A model generated the notes under the pieces. The model had not been told where the DNA came from. It did no database searches and was given only the letters and a program-made list of their open reading frames with translations. Of a stretch of DNA of 64,000 bases, positions 46,001 through 57,315 are shown one piece after another. The stretch covers positions 1 through 64,000 of the forward strand of contig JYFJ02001225.1 of assembly GCA_000934665.2 (NCBI GenBank), written 5' to 3'. Numbering within the stretch: position 1 is the stretch's first letter; each line of letters starts with the position of its first letter. The translations under genes were made by a program, and so were the position numbers. Source of the stretch: Catajapyx aquilonaris (lineage: Eukaryota).

Positions 46001-49000
46001 ACCACGTGACCCAGTTCACTAAGAAAAGTCGCATTCAGAGTCGCGCTTTAGGCCTAGTGCGGACTTAGTGCGATCCTGTTAAAGCGGTGCACTATTTAAA
46101 AGCCCATTTATCGCCCAGACGGTGTCCGAAAACCTGACTGTGAAATCGTGGCAACACCGCGTCTCGCTAGTGCAGTGTTCGTACCTAGTGCACCGCTCTA
46201 AGCAGGCAGTGAGGCGACTCTGAATGGGAGCAACTAGTGTGGCGCTAATGCGGACCTAGCGTCGCACTAGTTAGTGTGGACTTTTGCGCTGCATTAGCGA
46301 ACGACTCTGAATACGGCCCATATTCTTTCACTAAACTAAATGTAGCAGACTTTCCCCGTACTGCCAATATTAATTTCTAGTGTAAATTAGGCACTGGGGG
46401 TGATAATCGTCTGTAGCCATTGCTGTAAGCTCTCTCTCCAGCTGCAACCCCAGACTTGGGACGCACTCACGCATGCACAAGTAGGCAAGGTACATGATTA
46501 AATTTTGTTACATTTCAGCTAGCTGTGCCATTGTCATTAGTAAGCAAGTTGTGTGGGTCCACTTTTAAAAATCGGTAGCGGTGTGCACTTTGGCAATAAT
46601 GCATCCACACTTAAGAATTCTACCCATCAGTGGACCCCAACCGTGTCACTGGTCACTAACCACATCTTTGACTTCCTTGGCCAGCAACGGCCCGTAACTC
46701 TGGTGTATGCTGATGAACTTTTTCTCCAGCAGCTTCATGTCCCCCACGCACATTCGCGCGCGCCACACTCCACGACCCCACCACACTCCCGAAAAAAATA
46801 TCCAAAGTCACGTGGTCCTCCCACACATGTGTCAACCTCCTCATGTGCCACGCGCAAAGTTCTTAGTCCTCTAGCACAGCGTGGGAGTAAGCACCTTTCC
46901 ATCCACGGGCCCAAAGCCGACTGCCGGGATTGGACCGCACTGCGCTAAAACCCCTTGCACCGGTTCCTTCACTTGGGAGGAGGGTTTTTTTTTTTTGGAG
47001 GGGGGAAAGAGGGGTGGTGGTTCAGGAGGGGGAGGGAACACCACCACCACGTTCTAGGTGGGTGGATTGAACCTAGAGCTGCTTGCAAGAGCCGGAACAG
47101 GAAGGAAGGGGGTTGTGGAGGGGAACTCAGTGGAGGGGGGATTTGCCCAGCAACCCTCCCACCCCAGTACAAAACAGCCAATCCCTCAACTTCCATGTAT
47201 GACCCCTTCCTTCTAACCTACATAAAAGGCATTTTTAGGGGAGGTGGATGCAGACGATGGAAAGTCTTGAAAAAAAGAAAAAAAAGGGGGGGCAGCAGTG
47301 GGGGTGGGTTTCGGTTTTATTGCCGGGAAGGAGGGGGGAGAGAAGGACTAATCGTGGGAATATAATTCGCGTAATTTTGGTCGGCATGCACAAAACACGA
47401 AAACGACCGCAGATTGGGGGGGCCCTTTCCCAAGAACCGCGATGTATGCAAGCCGGTATGCACGGCTCGTAGTTTAGAAAAAGAAAAAAAAACGCGGGTG
47501 GTACAAATCGTGTACAACTAGCGCAATGCCACGCCAAAAAAAAATGGTGCAGCAACGTTCTGCAACTCGTCTCAAAAACGACCTGCCATTCGCCAAATGC
47601 AGTAAAAATCTGCTCTGGTCCGTCTCTCTCTCTCAAATCGTATAATCCGTTGGCACGTCCCACCACGTGTCTGTAATGTCCCCCAGAGACCCACAAAGTC
47701 GAGGAAGATGACCCCTTGGGTGAGGGTAACGGTACCTGAGCTGTAACCCCCCCTCCATATCTAACGGTATCGGGGCAATCCCAGCCGGCCATTGCCCACC
47801 CCCACCCAGTGTTAACCTGCCCATCAGCCCACTACAGGAACGCACAAAAAAAAACCATTACATGCTGGGTGTGCGTGTGCTTCATATACCATTTGGATGT
47901 ACAGGGAACCGGGCGAATAACTGGGCAGGGTTGGGTGCCCCGCTCTTCATTTCAAATGGTGTGTGTTTGGTTTGTGTGTTCCGGACACTTCATAACTGAT
48001 ATTAAGGAGGTTGGCCCAGCATTGCCTTTCAACCTCCAAGGATAAGGAAGGAAGGAAGCGGCTGTGGCCTATTATACGGAAGCAACCCCGGAATTATCCT
48101 AGAAAGACCGTGGAAAACCACAGAAAACCACGGTCAAGGTTGCCGGCCCCGGGATTCGAACCTAGGACCTCCCGATTAGCAGTCGGACGCCCTATCCACT
48201 ATGCCAACCTGCTTCAGTGTGTGTGTTCCAGCCAGTGGAAGATATTAGAGTGAAAATTGAATGGCCCGACAGCACAAGGGTCTGAAATCCAGGGTAATAA
48301 ATTTGGAATGAAAAGTAAACCAGTTCATGCAATTGGCATCATTAAATTACAAACCAATTGTCACGGTAGCTCTTTCGTGTGTGAGGCTTCATCGCTGGTG
48401 GGATGTCCGCTACTTTTCTACGCCGACAGTACCCATGGTACCGTGAAGTATCGCCAAATGATCTAGACTTCCAGAGTCGTCTCCTGGTGGTGACCACCGA
48501 TCGACCCGGACGGAAGTTGTCATGACGACTGTTTTTCTAATCAGTGCGAAAAGAAACTAGCGTCGGCACGTGATGGGCTTTAAACGATTAATGTCCATCA
48601 ATGTGTGGCGATTTTCATCTCGGACCTATCAATTTCACTTAACGCCAAACCGACGACACGGTTGCGAGTTCAATGGTGCGTGTGCGCTTCCCTCCTCCAC
48701 ACACACTTCATATCTTCTTAAATGCGTACTGAATTTCACTTCCCAACCAGGCTGTTACTGACTTCTGGGGGGGGGGGGGGGGGNNNNNNNNGGGGGGGGG
48801 GGCAAAGTATCGGTACCTGGTATTATATGATCGTTGTTGCATATCCGCCAGCGTTTTCACCGCGTGCTCGGTCACACGGCACAGTTTTGATTGGTCCAAA
48901 TGTTAGCCTCCAATTGAAAAAAATGTACAGGGATAAGGATGGATTTAAGGAATTCCTACTGATACATTTTGATAGAAAATACCACAACGAAAACGCCCAA

Positions 49001-52000
49001 ATATTTTTTTTAATGAAAAAAAAACTAACATCCGCATCGATCCGCATGGTGTAGTGGTCACAGCTTCGAAAAACAATCACTAAAAACTGCAGTTTCTCCC
49101 ACATTTTAGCGAACTGTCAACACTGCAAAATTCCACAATCTCTTCACGTACGTCAGTAACCAGTGCGGTGTGACACACCCTTAATGAAACTGAACTTATG
49201 GCGAATGTATTGTCTTAGCCCAAGTGTATAGGCATGGTGTCAATTACATCCATGATTGATTCAAGTGCAATTTAGGCCCAATTTCGCTTTACTGTAAAGG
49301 GGAGCGAACCCGGCAGTTGGCAACCACAGCATCCGAGCATCTTCCCATGCTTTCTCCCCCCCAGCCATCGATCTTCCAAAACCTAACCCGCCTACCACAA
49401 CTCTCCAGCAGACACATGTTCAGAAATGGAGGGCAATACTGCTGCAAGACGTGCAAAAAAAAAGGAGAAGAACCTGGCCGTCGCTCGTCCTCGCCAATGA
49501 CCTCCTATCCTAGTACAGGAGAAGTCCTCCAATGGCAAGTACTGCCTTGTAAGGGGGAAGAGCATTGACCTTCCAACCGGTTCCTCGGCCACAGAACTTG
49601 CATCGCAGCCAGATCCGCGAAAAGAGGTTTATCTCTTGTATCCAGAGCGTGTAGGGAAGAGGAGCAGATGATGGTGTGGAGGAGGAAATCAAAGAAAGGA
49701 GGATGTGACCACAACCAAGCAATTCCCATACAGGCCAGCCCCCGATTTGCCTCCGTGATTCCTACCACCCACCCTCCCAACCATTCCAACCTTTGCTGTG
49801 CACTATAAACCACGACACGCACTCAATTTACACACAGCTTGTACTTCTCGAGTGCGCCCATCCATGAGCATGGTTCATATACATGGAGAGCGATTCATAA
49901 ACCGTTTAATAAATGCGGCTCGTTTAACTGTTTGCGAAAAAAAAAAAGCGCGCGGCCGGGCAAAGTCGCGGAAATATTGGCGGTGAACCGACACAGGGTG
50001 GTGCACAGACCACAGTTCAAGAGCTTTGATTTATTGCATCAAACAATTAACTAAAGGAAAATCATGACATGATCACTCGTCAGAGCCTTCTAACCCATCT
50101 ATCGTTGTATGTTGCCTTCTGATTGGCCCGGCCTCATTGTTACCGCGCCGCTTCCCCATTGGTCCACGTCTTCTATCCTGTTAAAATCGTATTCGGTGCG
50201 CTTGCGTAAATGCTTCCGATTGGTTCCCGTTCCGCGCCTGCGCAACGGGAGGCGGAACTCCTCAGTTGCTTGCCGACTAGCTGCGAGTAAACATCGCCTC
50301 TCCCGACACCTCAACACTTTCCCCCTCCTTTACCAGCCTACACTCTAAGAAATGTCCGGGTTAAATGTATTTATCCCGGAAAAAAGATCACTTTTGTCAT
50401 GGTTAATGTCCGGGTTAAATAACCATGACAAAAGTGATCTTTTTTCCGGGATAAACACATTTAACTCGGGCATTTCTTAGAGTGTAGAAAAATGCGAGCG
50501 AAGAGATAGTTTTTCTAGTGTTATATGTGAAATCCAGGTGACTTTGAACGTCACAATAGACAATGACGATCGGCATGACAAAGGACTGCAATTTCAATGC
50601 ACTTCAAAGTATACAGTACATCCTTTTCTTTGACTTTTTGCCCTCGACATTGTCATGCATCCAGGGTATATGAGGCTGTCGGCCTTCGTGACTTGGAACT
50701 ACACCTTAACAAACATGACCAAATCGGCTGAAGGGCTCGTTACGTAACATAAAACCGCATCGGCACCGCTCCTGTTTACACGCATTCATAATGGAGAGAC
50801 TTTGCATATAACCAGACGCCCTCCTCGAGGTTCTTAGTAACTCACCCAGGATTCCATATCAGGCTAACAAGTCCGACTTCGCGGGAGGCATATTGCTCTG
50901 ATTTAAAAATGGAGGCTGTCACTTAAACGTCAAATATGGCCTTTTTCCTGCAACGAAACGGCTGCCCTTTTTTCCCCCCCTTCTGGTAGTGACAACCCTT
51001 CCCTGCCATAATTCCGTATGCAATTCGCCATGTTATATCTCCCCTTCCGAATGCTCTTCCCCGCTGACAGACCCACATGCAATGCCCTACTACCCACCCA
51101 CCCACCCCTAATGAAATGTGCCGTTACCAAGGCTGGTTCCTATCACGCCAAGCAAAATGGTAGATCCTCCTGGTACGGTAAACTTCGCCTTTTTTTTCTC
51201 TCTCCGTCCCCCCCCATTTGCTTCCTCCCCTCAAATAAACTCCCCACCCATTTAACGTTCAATTAATCACTCTGGACAGACATCCCGAGATGTCTCCCGG
51301 TGTGCTAAATCGGGGTCATTAGCATGATTCATGGCAATTTTTGCGTCAGATAGTGTAAGGGACACTTGTTTTTCGCGGAGGTGGACGCTGGCTGTTCACC
51401 AGGATGGGATGTTTAATTTGCAAGTAGCATCGCTGGGCATAAATATGTCGTGCGTGCCAGGTGCCCCATATAAGGGAAACTCTTGCTGCCATTGATGAGC
51501 AGATACCTGCCTTTACACGCACCTGTGGTTTTACTCCTTAATCAGCTTTTTTATCGCACTAATACCTGCTTTTCGATAGGTCACCCACTAAGCCTGCAGT
51601 GCTATGAATCTCCAATGTGCTACGAAACAAAAATTCAATAAACTGTGTTGCAGCAACACTATGTGAAACAAGAAGCTAGTGTTCTCTCTCTGCACTCAAC
51701 GATCAATCCACCGGCAATAAATTGCACTTCCCTTTCCTTATGGTGCAGCTTACTAATGGTGGCCTAACTTGGAATCGTTTTATGCTCTTTGTTAGGCCCA
51801 GCCAGTTGCACCATCGCAGTAAGTCACTGCCAGTAAATCCTACCCACAATATTTAAAAAATAAATCTTGATTTATTGGGGTGACAATCCATCAAGGCCAG
51901 ACACATACAACTTGCAGAATTGTGATCTACTCCAAGCAGGAAAGGGCAGTAAGTAGTGAGCCTTGCTATCTTCCCTATATCATCAAGCTAAAATATTAAC

Positions 52001-55000
52001 AATGCACAGGCCACGTGCTATGTAAGCAATACTAAAATGCTTAATAATGAATGTAAACTCTAAGAGAATTCTTCGTAGAATTAGTACCTAATAAAATTAG
52101 CAATGTCCACATAGAATGACATGGCTTGTTAACATGTATACAATACACCGCGAAAGCTGACATATACCAGTACTTGTCTTATTACGCTCCACAAGGCACA
52201 ATCCCTGATTTATTCGCACAACTCACATCCACAAAGTATCTCACACAGAAGTGAAAAATGACAACCTACCTGGCCTTCGTAGTTTGTGGGCAGCACATTG
52301 GGTGAGTCGACCTGTGGCAAAACTGGGTATGATCCAGAGTCAAAGGGCACTGTTGCATGCTCCAGCATTACTGGCTCAAAATGTGAGGTGTCCAGGTTGA
52401 GCCCTGCCTGTCCTAGTCCACCACCTCCAACGAGGTCCTCTGCCTTCAAGCCACCGCTGTTCTTCACCAGATCTTCATCTGATGGGGATGGTTGCCGGCT
52501 ACCTCCACCTCTGCTAGGAAACCTTAATTTTGGAGAAAAAGCGTCAAATTTAATATCATTCGATGTGGTTTGCAGATGGCAATCAAATTTGACTTAAGCT
52601 TCAGTATAACATTTTCTTAAATTTGTATTAATTCTGAAAATGTTACGACAGAAGCAATGTGTCATGATAGCAATTAGTATTGCCAACATAATGAAAAATG
52701 CCCCCACCTTAAACTAAGTGCCAACATTACCCACTTAATTTGAATGCAACATGCAATGCGTGACAATATCTGCCATGGCACCAAATTACATTACAGTTGA
52801 GATTAATCACTAGCCTAGGCTATACACAAATCTCAAGTCTGAAAACCCAGGTGTAACAACCATAGTAAGTTATCTCTGAAAATATTTGCACAACAATAAA
52901 TGTTTGACATAGGTTTAGATATAGTATGCTCCAATTTGTATATCTGATGCAGCTAGTTACCTTTTTGCACTCACTTTCTGTATTACTTTTAATAGTTATA
53001 TTAATTGCTAATAATTATGTGAAATTGAATAAAGAATTTATGAGCTTCAATGCAGTGGGACTGTCATGCTCGAATCAACTGGCACAAGAGGCTAATATGT
53101 GAACGATTTTTTTTTTTTTTTTGCAGTAGTTAAAACCAGATATCATTACGGTAACACCAATATTAATATTTGTGGCTTCTAATAGTAGTTCACTGTACTC
53201 CTGATTATCCGAAAATGGTTCTAGACACCGCAAAAGTGATCTATTCCCAGGTTCTTAATAAACTACTGTACGCTTCTTTAAATAAGGTTTAAGGGGGGGG
53301 ATAAAGATAATTTGGGAGTAAAGTTCTCGCTAACTAACAACAGCAGAACCGAATGACTTTTTATAATACTACTTTTCCCATATTCTTAATGTAGTATTAT
53401 AAAAAGTCATTTGCATTCGGGAGTAATTTAGGCAGTCGTAAAATTTTAAGTTATGTCGTAACAAGCACCCAAAAATACTGAAAAATGAGGTGCTCCGGAC
53501 CAACAAAGCCGATTTTTATGTTTAGCTATAGGTTTCGGCAAATAATAATTTTGTCAAAATTTGACTGATTTGAGAACTACTAGAAGTTAGGGGAACCCTA
53601 ATTTTCAAGGTTTATATTGCTTTTGTGTAGAGAGGGTGGGATCCACTGTCTCCTCTTTTGGCCAGAGTTGGAACTCGAAGAAGGTCCGGGTTTTCTTTAG
53701 CCCAGCCTTAAACAAAATACCCCTTGTCTTCTGTAAAAAGTATCATTTCTTTGTTTGCAAGACATATTTACATTTTTCCTGACTAATTTTCCTTTGGTTT
53801 GGCAAAACACAGGTAAACCGCAACATGCATAATCAGCAGTACAGTATTTCAAAAGTAACTGCCATCATTGACACAGTAGGCCCTACCAAGTACCAAAAAT
53901 ATTGCTGGTTTGGTTACTGCATGATCTCAATGCATGACTTCAACACAATGTGTCTACAAAAAATGAAAGTGGCCGGAAATCACTGCCCTAAACAATTACA
54001 TCTGGATGTGCATGTCTCATATTTAATATGCCACGTGCAGATGTGGCTTATCCTTTTCCTCAACAAGGAAGCTTACATCAGTTATCTCGTAATTACACAC
54101 ACACACCAAAAAACAATGGTCATCTAAAACCTGTTAAATCAGTGGCATCTCATTTTCGACGAACCCCCACGAGATTACAAGTTTTCTGCACTCAATTCGC
54201 ACATTGTCCCCCTTGCAATGGAGGCCATGAGTTTTGGTTTCCCCCCAACATGTGCCAGAGCCATCCACCGCCATCTACTGGCAGACTCCCACAGCCTATC
54301 CTCCCGGACACGCTCACTAGGGGGCGGAGGCCTGCAGCAAGAGACAGCCGCACAAAAGGTAAATGGTCTGCTGCAAGTGCAGCTACCTCATGCCATGTTG
54401 CCAGACTGGCAGGCTCGACTGGGTGCGAAAATCTCGCCGGCCAGGGGGGGACTTCCACCCCAGCCTTGAATTTATGGAGCCTAGGATTTCCCCCGTCGTA
54501 TTGCCATCACGTCGGATAGTTTGCACTGCCACAATAACAACGCGTGATTGTGTAAACAAACCTTTACTATTTACAGATCAACATGACTATACAGTACTGC
54601 GATTTTTCAAAAAGACGTCACCATTGTAATGTTGAAAGATGCATATCTTTGGAAGAAACACATTGGCGCTCAGTTTGTGCCAAGGACATGACCTGCTAGC
54701 CACTGTTTGAAAAATAACGTGTCATTCTGCACAAAGAGAATGCAAAGGTTGTTTTTTTTTCTCTCGAAAAACGCGAAAAAATGTTGAGGACAGCCCTTCT
54801 CTAAGGCCTGTCGCAAGACTGACAGCCCAATGATCCTAGTAATTACACATTGCTGACTGAATTCTGATTACTGCTTGTCCTTATTGAAACTCAGTAATCA
54901 GCAGCTAACGAGTGTTCCAGCCTCAACCACTGCTAGCCAGATGATTAGCCAATTAAATGCATTCATTTCAACCACTGTTTCCAAGAATAGATGAGGTCTT

Positions 55001-56471
55001 TGAAAACAACATGCAAGGCACAAGCAAGCCCTCATTGTTGTGATAGAACACTTAACAGAGGCTGTGACCTCTTCCCCACTACAGTTCATCTCACTTCCCA
55101 GTAACTCCCATCTGGTTGAAGACCTGATTTGCCTACACAAGGTTCTGCAGCAATAACATGCAGTCAGAATCTGCAAGTGGCGGATGACAATTTCTCGCAA
55201 TCACATTTTCCCCACAAGTGACAGTTCCAACAACAAGCTGCTAACTTCTATGAATAACATTATTATTGGAAACCTTTCTGACAACCACAGATGTCCCGTC
55301 CATATAGCAACTAGCAGCATGCCCTGTACACCAATCACTCAACTGCAGCTGCCAAGAAGACCTTCAACAACATTTACTTGTCTATTACAGTGGAACATAC
55401 TCCAAGTGGACCCTGCATAGTGTGTCAACTTTTCTGCAGAAAGTTTCATCATCATTCTGCCGCACATAGCATGTTACACGTGGTCTAGCTGAAAACTTGT
55501 GCCTCTGAATTTTTAAGATAAGCTTTTATCTACTTTAGCAATCCAGCCTCATTAATTGGTGCAGAACTCGCATTGCAAGTCAGGCCTTAAGATTCTGCCA
55601 GATATGATCTTTAAAAATGTGAACTAATTATCTCTAATAATGTTTTTACACTTGAACTCAAATAATGACGCGACTTCTTGACCTGCAGTGGGAACTTGGT
55701 GTTTGATTGTGCGTGTTTAAATTAATTTAGTAATCACACCATGTATTTGTCTCTTCCCTGCCGTGTAGTCCGTTACTCTAGTGCTAACCCAGCACTAGCT
55801 GCACAGTAACACCTGTCACAAACTGCAGCACTAGTAGGCCTCTTACATTCGGTATGTGTGGGACTTAAAATTATTTCAAAGTGAAAAGCGACTAGAGTGT
55901 GACAATATGTCCATATTCTTGGATTTACAATCACTTTCTTACTTGTGCAAGCTGTGGTAGATTTCTCACAATAAGCCAATTGGCTCCTCCATGTTTCAGG
56001 TCATAAATAAAATCGAATTGCAAATGGATCGCTCAACTAGGAATCTATATAACAAATCATCGCATACTCACTTGAAGCCCTTGTCGTCCTCCACAAGCCC
56101 ATTCTGTACGATCCCATTTGCTTGGGTCACTACCACTACGTTTCCGTTCTCCACATCTTTCTTGCATACGCCTGCTCCACCACCCCCACCTCCACCTCCT
56201 CCCCCACCTCCACCTGTGGGGTCAAAGGGTGAGGGTGCCTTGTCCTTCTTTCCATCAGGATCAGAAGCATCTGAGGTGGAGCTGAGGACAAGGCCCCTCA
56301 TGCGGCTCTCCATGTCCTTTCCAGTGGGTGAGGTTCCAAGCACATATTCCACCATCTTGACCCCCAATCCCCCAGTCTCCGAGCGGGGGGAAAGGATACT
56401 TGCTGCATCACTTCCAGGGAGGCTACCTGAACGGCGGGGGACAAGGCTGATTGGTTGCGACACCGCATGAT
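34099..56471 (-). CDS. pum: Pumilio (PUF family RNA-binding protein), 5' exons not found in window
   Basis: Minus-strand exons: 56471-56072, 52522(or 52513)-52270, 42022-41932, 41612-41532, 39527-39358, 38581-38437, 37807-37682, 36861-36505, 36172-35679, 35352-35125, 34999-34837, 34614-34446, 34342(or 34330)-34099. The splice phases are consistent. Conserved motifs: [50 protein letters not shown] and eight PUF repeats ending [15 protein letters not shown]. Confidence 0.96.
35520..35589 (-). ncRNA. Intronic box C/D snoRNA candidate, copy 1
   Basis: Sense to pumilio: AGGA-C-GTGATGA (C box) ... CTGA (D' box) ... CTGA (D box)-TCCT. It has a 4 bp terminal stem plus outer GTGGTG/CACCAC pairing, is ~70 nt long, and lies in intron 35353-35678. 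Confidence 0.8.
36322..36389 (-). ncRNA. Intronic box C/D snoRNA candidate, copy 2
   Basis: Same C, D' and D boxes, AGGA/TCCT stem and identical D' guide region TCGTACGGACCTAAGTCA. It lies in intron 36173-36504. Confidence 0.8.
37473..37533 (-). pseudogene. Decayed copy of the C/D snoRNA unit
   Basis: The C box and D' box are retained, but the D box is mutated to CTCA and several bases of the D' guide region are deleted. It lies in intron 36862-37681. Confidence 0.65.
38879..38948 (-). ncRNA. Intronic box C/D snoRNA candidate, copy 4
   Basis: Same boxes, stem and D' guide region. It shares extra flanking sequence (TGCAGTTTGAATGYACTTTCATCCCT on +) with copy 1 and lies in intron 38582-39357. 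Confidence 0.8.
45955..46319. mobile_element. PIF/Harbinger-like MITE, longer inverted member of the 10670-11179 family
   Basis: TIRs GGGCCGTAATCAGAGTC / GACTCTGAATACGGCCC with a 3 bp ATA duplication on both sides. It carries ~110 bp of extra internal sequence (about 46037-46147). Confidence 0.85.
47736..47831 (-). CDS. Candidate alternative pumilio exon (96 nt, phase 0-0, Trp/Gly-rich, in-frame ATG)
   Basis: Strong acceptor (T-run...GTTCCTGTAG) and donor CAG|GTACCG. It reads open as [32 protein letters not shown] and matches the phase of host intron 42023-52269. Confidence 0.45.
48030..48212 (-). mobile_element. tRNA-derived SINE with body sequence
   Basis: Minus strand: TGGCATAGTGG (A box), GACTGCTAATC arm and GGTTCGAATCC (B box). 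The body GTGGTTTTC...GGCCACAGCCGCTTCCTTCC resembles widespread arthropod SINEs. Confidence 0.75.
50122..50244 (-). promoter_or_regulatory. Candidate internal promoter: three NF-Y CCAAT boxes plus an NRF1/EWG-type site
   Basis: Minus-strand AACCAATCG, GACCAATGG and GGCCAATCA all fit RRCCAATSR (ATTGG at 50219, 50158, 50122). TGCGCAGGCGC is at 50234-50244 and the region is locally CpG-rich. Confidence 0.55.
50341..50484. mobile_element. Palindromic non-autonomous element with CACT...AGTG termini (EnSpm/CACTA-like), TA flanks
   Basis: 144 bp that is almost entirely self-complementary, with ~65 bp arms (CACTCTAAGAAATG ... CATTTCTTAGAGTG) and TA on both sides. Confidence 0.75.
53191..53292. mobile_element. 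Partial copy of the 27228-27628 MITE lacking the nested insertion
   Basis: CACTGTACTCCTGATTATCCGAAAATGGTTCTAGA...AAACTACTGTACGCTTCTTTAAATAAGG aligns across the insertion point of the 27 kb copy. Confidence 0.6.
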
Positions 56472-57222
56472 CTGGAAATAATAGAGCCATTTAATCACTG
56501 ACCACACACCACCTGGAAGCATGATCTGCTACTTCTTCCCATCGTGGGACAAAAGAGATGCAAAACTTCTGGCATGCAGCATGACATGACAATTTTACTT
56601 TAAGCTGCACGTTTTATTGGCCAAACTGCAACGATTCACAAAATTAGCTCCTGCATGCCCCTCAACAATGATAAGTACTGCACTAGCACATATTGTTACT
56701 TGGGGAAACTTTTGTTGTTTGTTAACATCCGCTTAAATGAATTACTCATTACACTATTGGTCTTGGGGATGAGAGACCCAAGTCCACTAGACCCTACTCC
56801 CCCCAAACTATGGTGCAAATAATTGTAGACAGATAAGATAATCCCCACTAGGCCAACTGGATGGCACCTGTCACCGACTTTTCCTTGTATGATGGGGTCA
56901 ACATTTGAGTGAAATATTGCTCAAGTTCTATTTCCACACCAGGGGCTGATAGCATTTACATACAATCCTGCACCACCGGACATTCCAATAGCTTCCATAA
57001 TATGTCACCCGACCCCAAGGGAACTAATCCTTGCCATTACGCGCGGAATGAATGCTGCTTTGCTGAATGAATTAGAATTACAAGCAACGTCTGTGTAACA
57101 TGACTCCAAGTATGAAATGACAGCAGCATGTTGTCACCTCTTAGATAACAATTTGGATGCCATTGCATAAATGCTTCTGACAACTGATGCCACGCGAATA
57201 CTAGGAGGTATGTCATACTAAC

Positions 57223-57315
57223 CATGTCTGGCTTCTCGGAGGCGCTGCACCCTTCCAGGCGGTGCTCTGGCTGGCAGGAACGTCGATGCAGGCGCTGGAG
57301 ACGCCAGAAACGTGT
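57223..57315 (-). CDS. Candidate pumilio cassette exon (93 nt, phase 1-1)
   Basis: Acceptor TCTCCCTTTGCAG and donor ATG|GTTAGT. It reads open as (D)TFLASPAPASTFLPARAPPGRVQRLREARH, in phase with the exon starting at 56471. Confidence 0.45.

Noticed and set aside
48767..48802. Long G run as a G-quadruplex
   Set aside because: It contains Ns, so the homopolymer length is unreliable.
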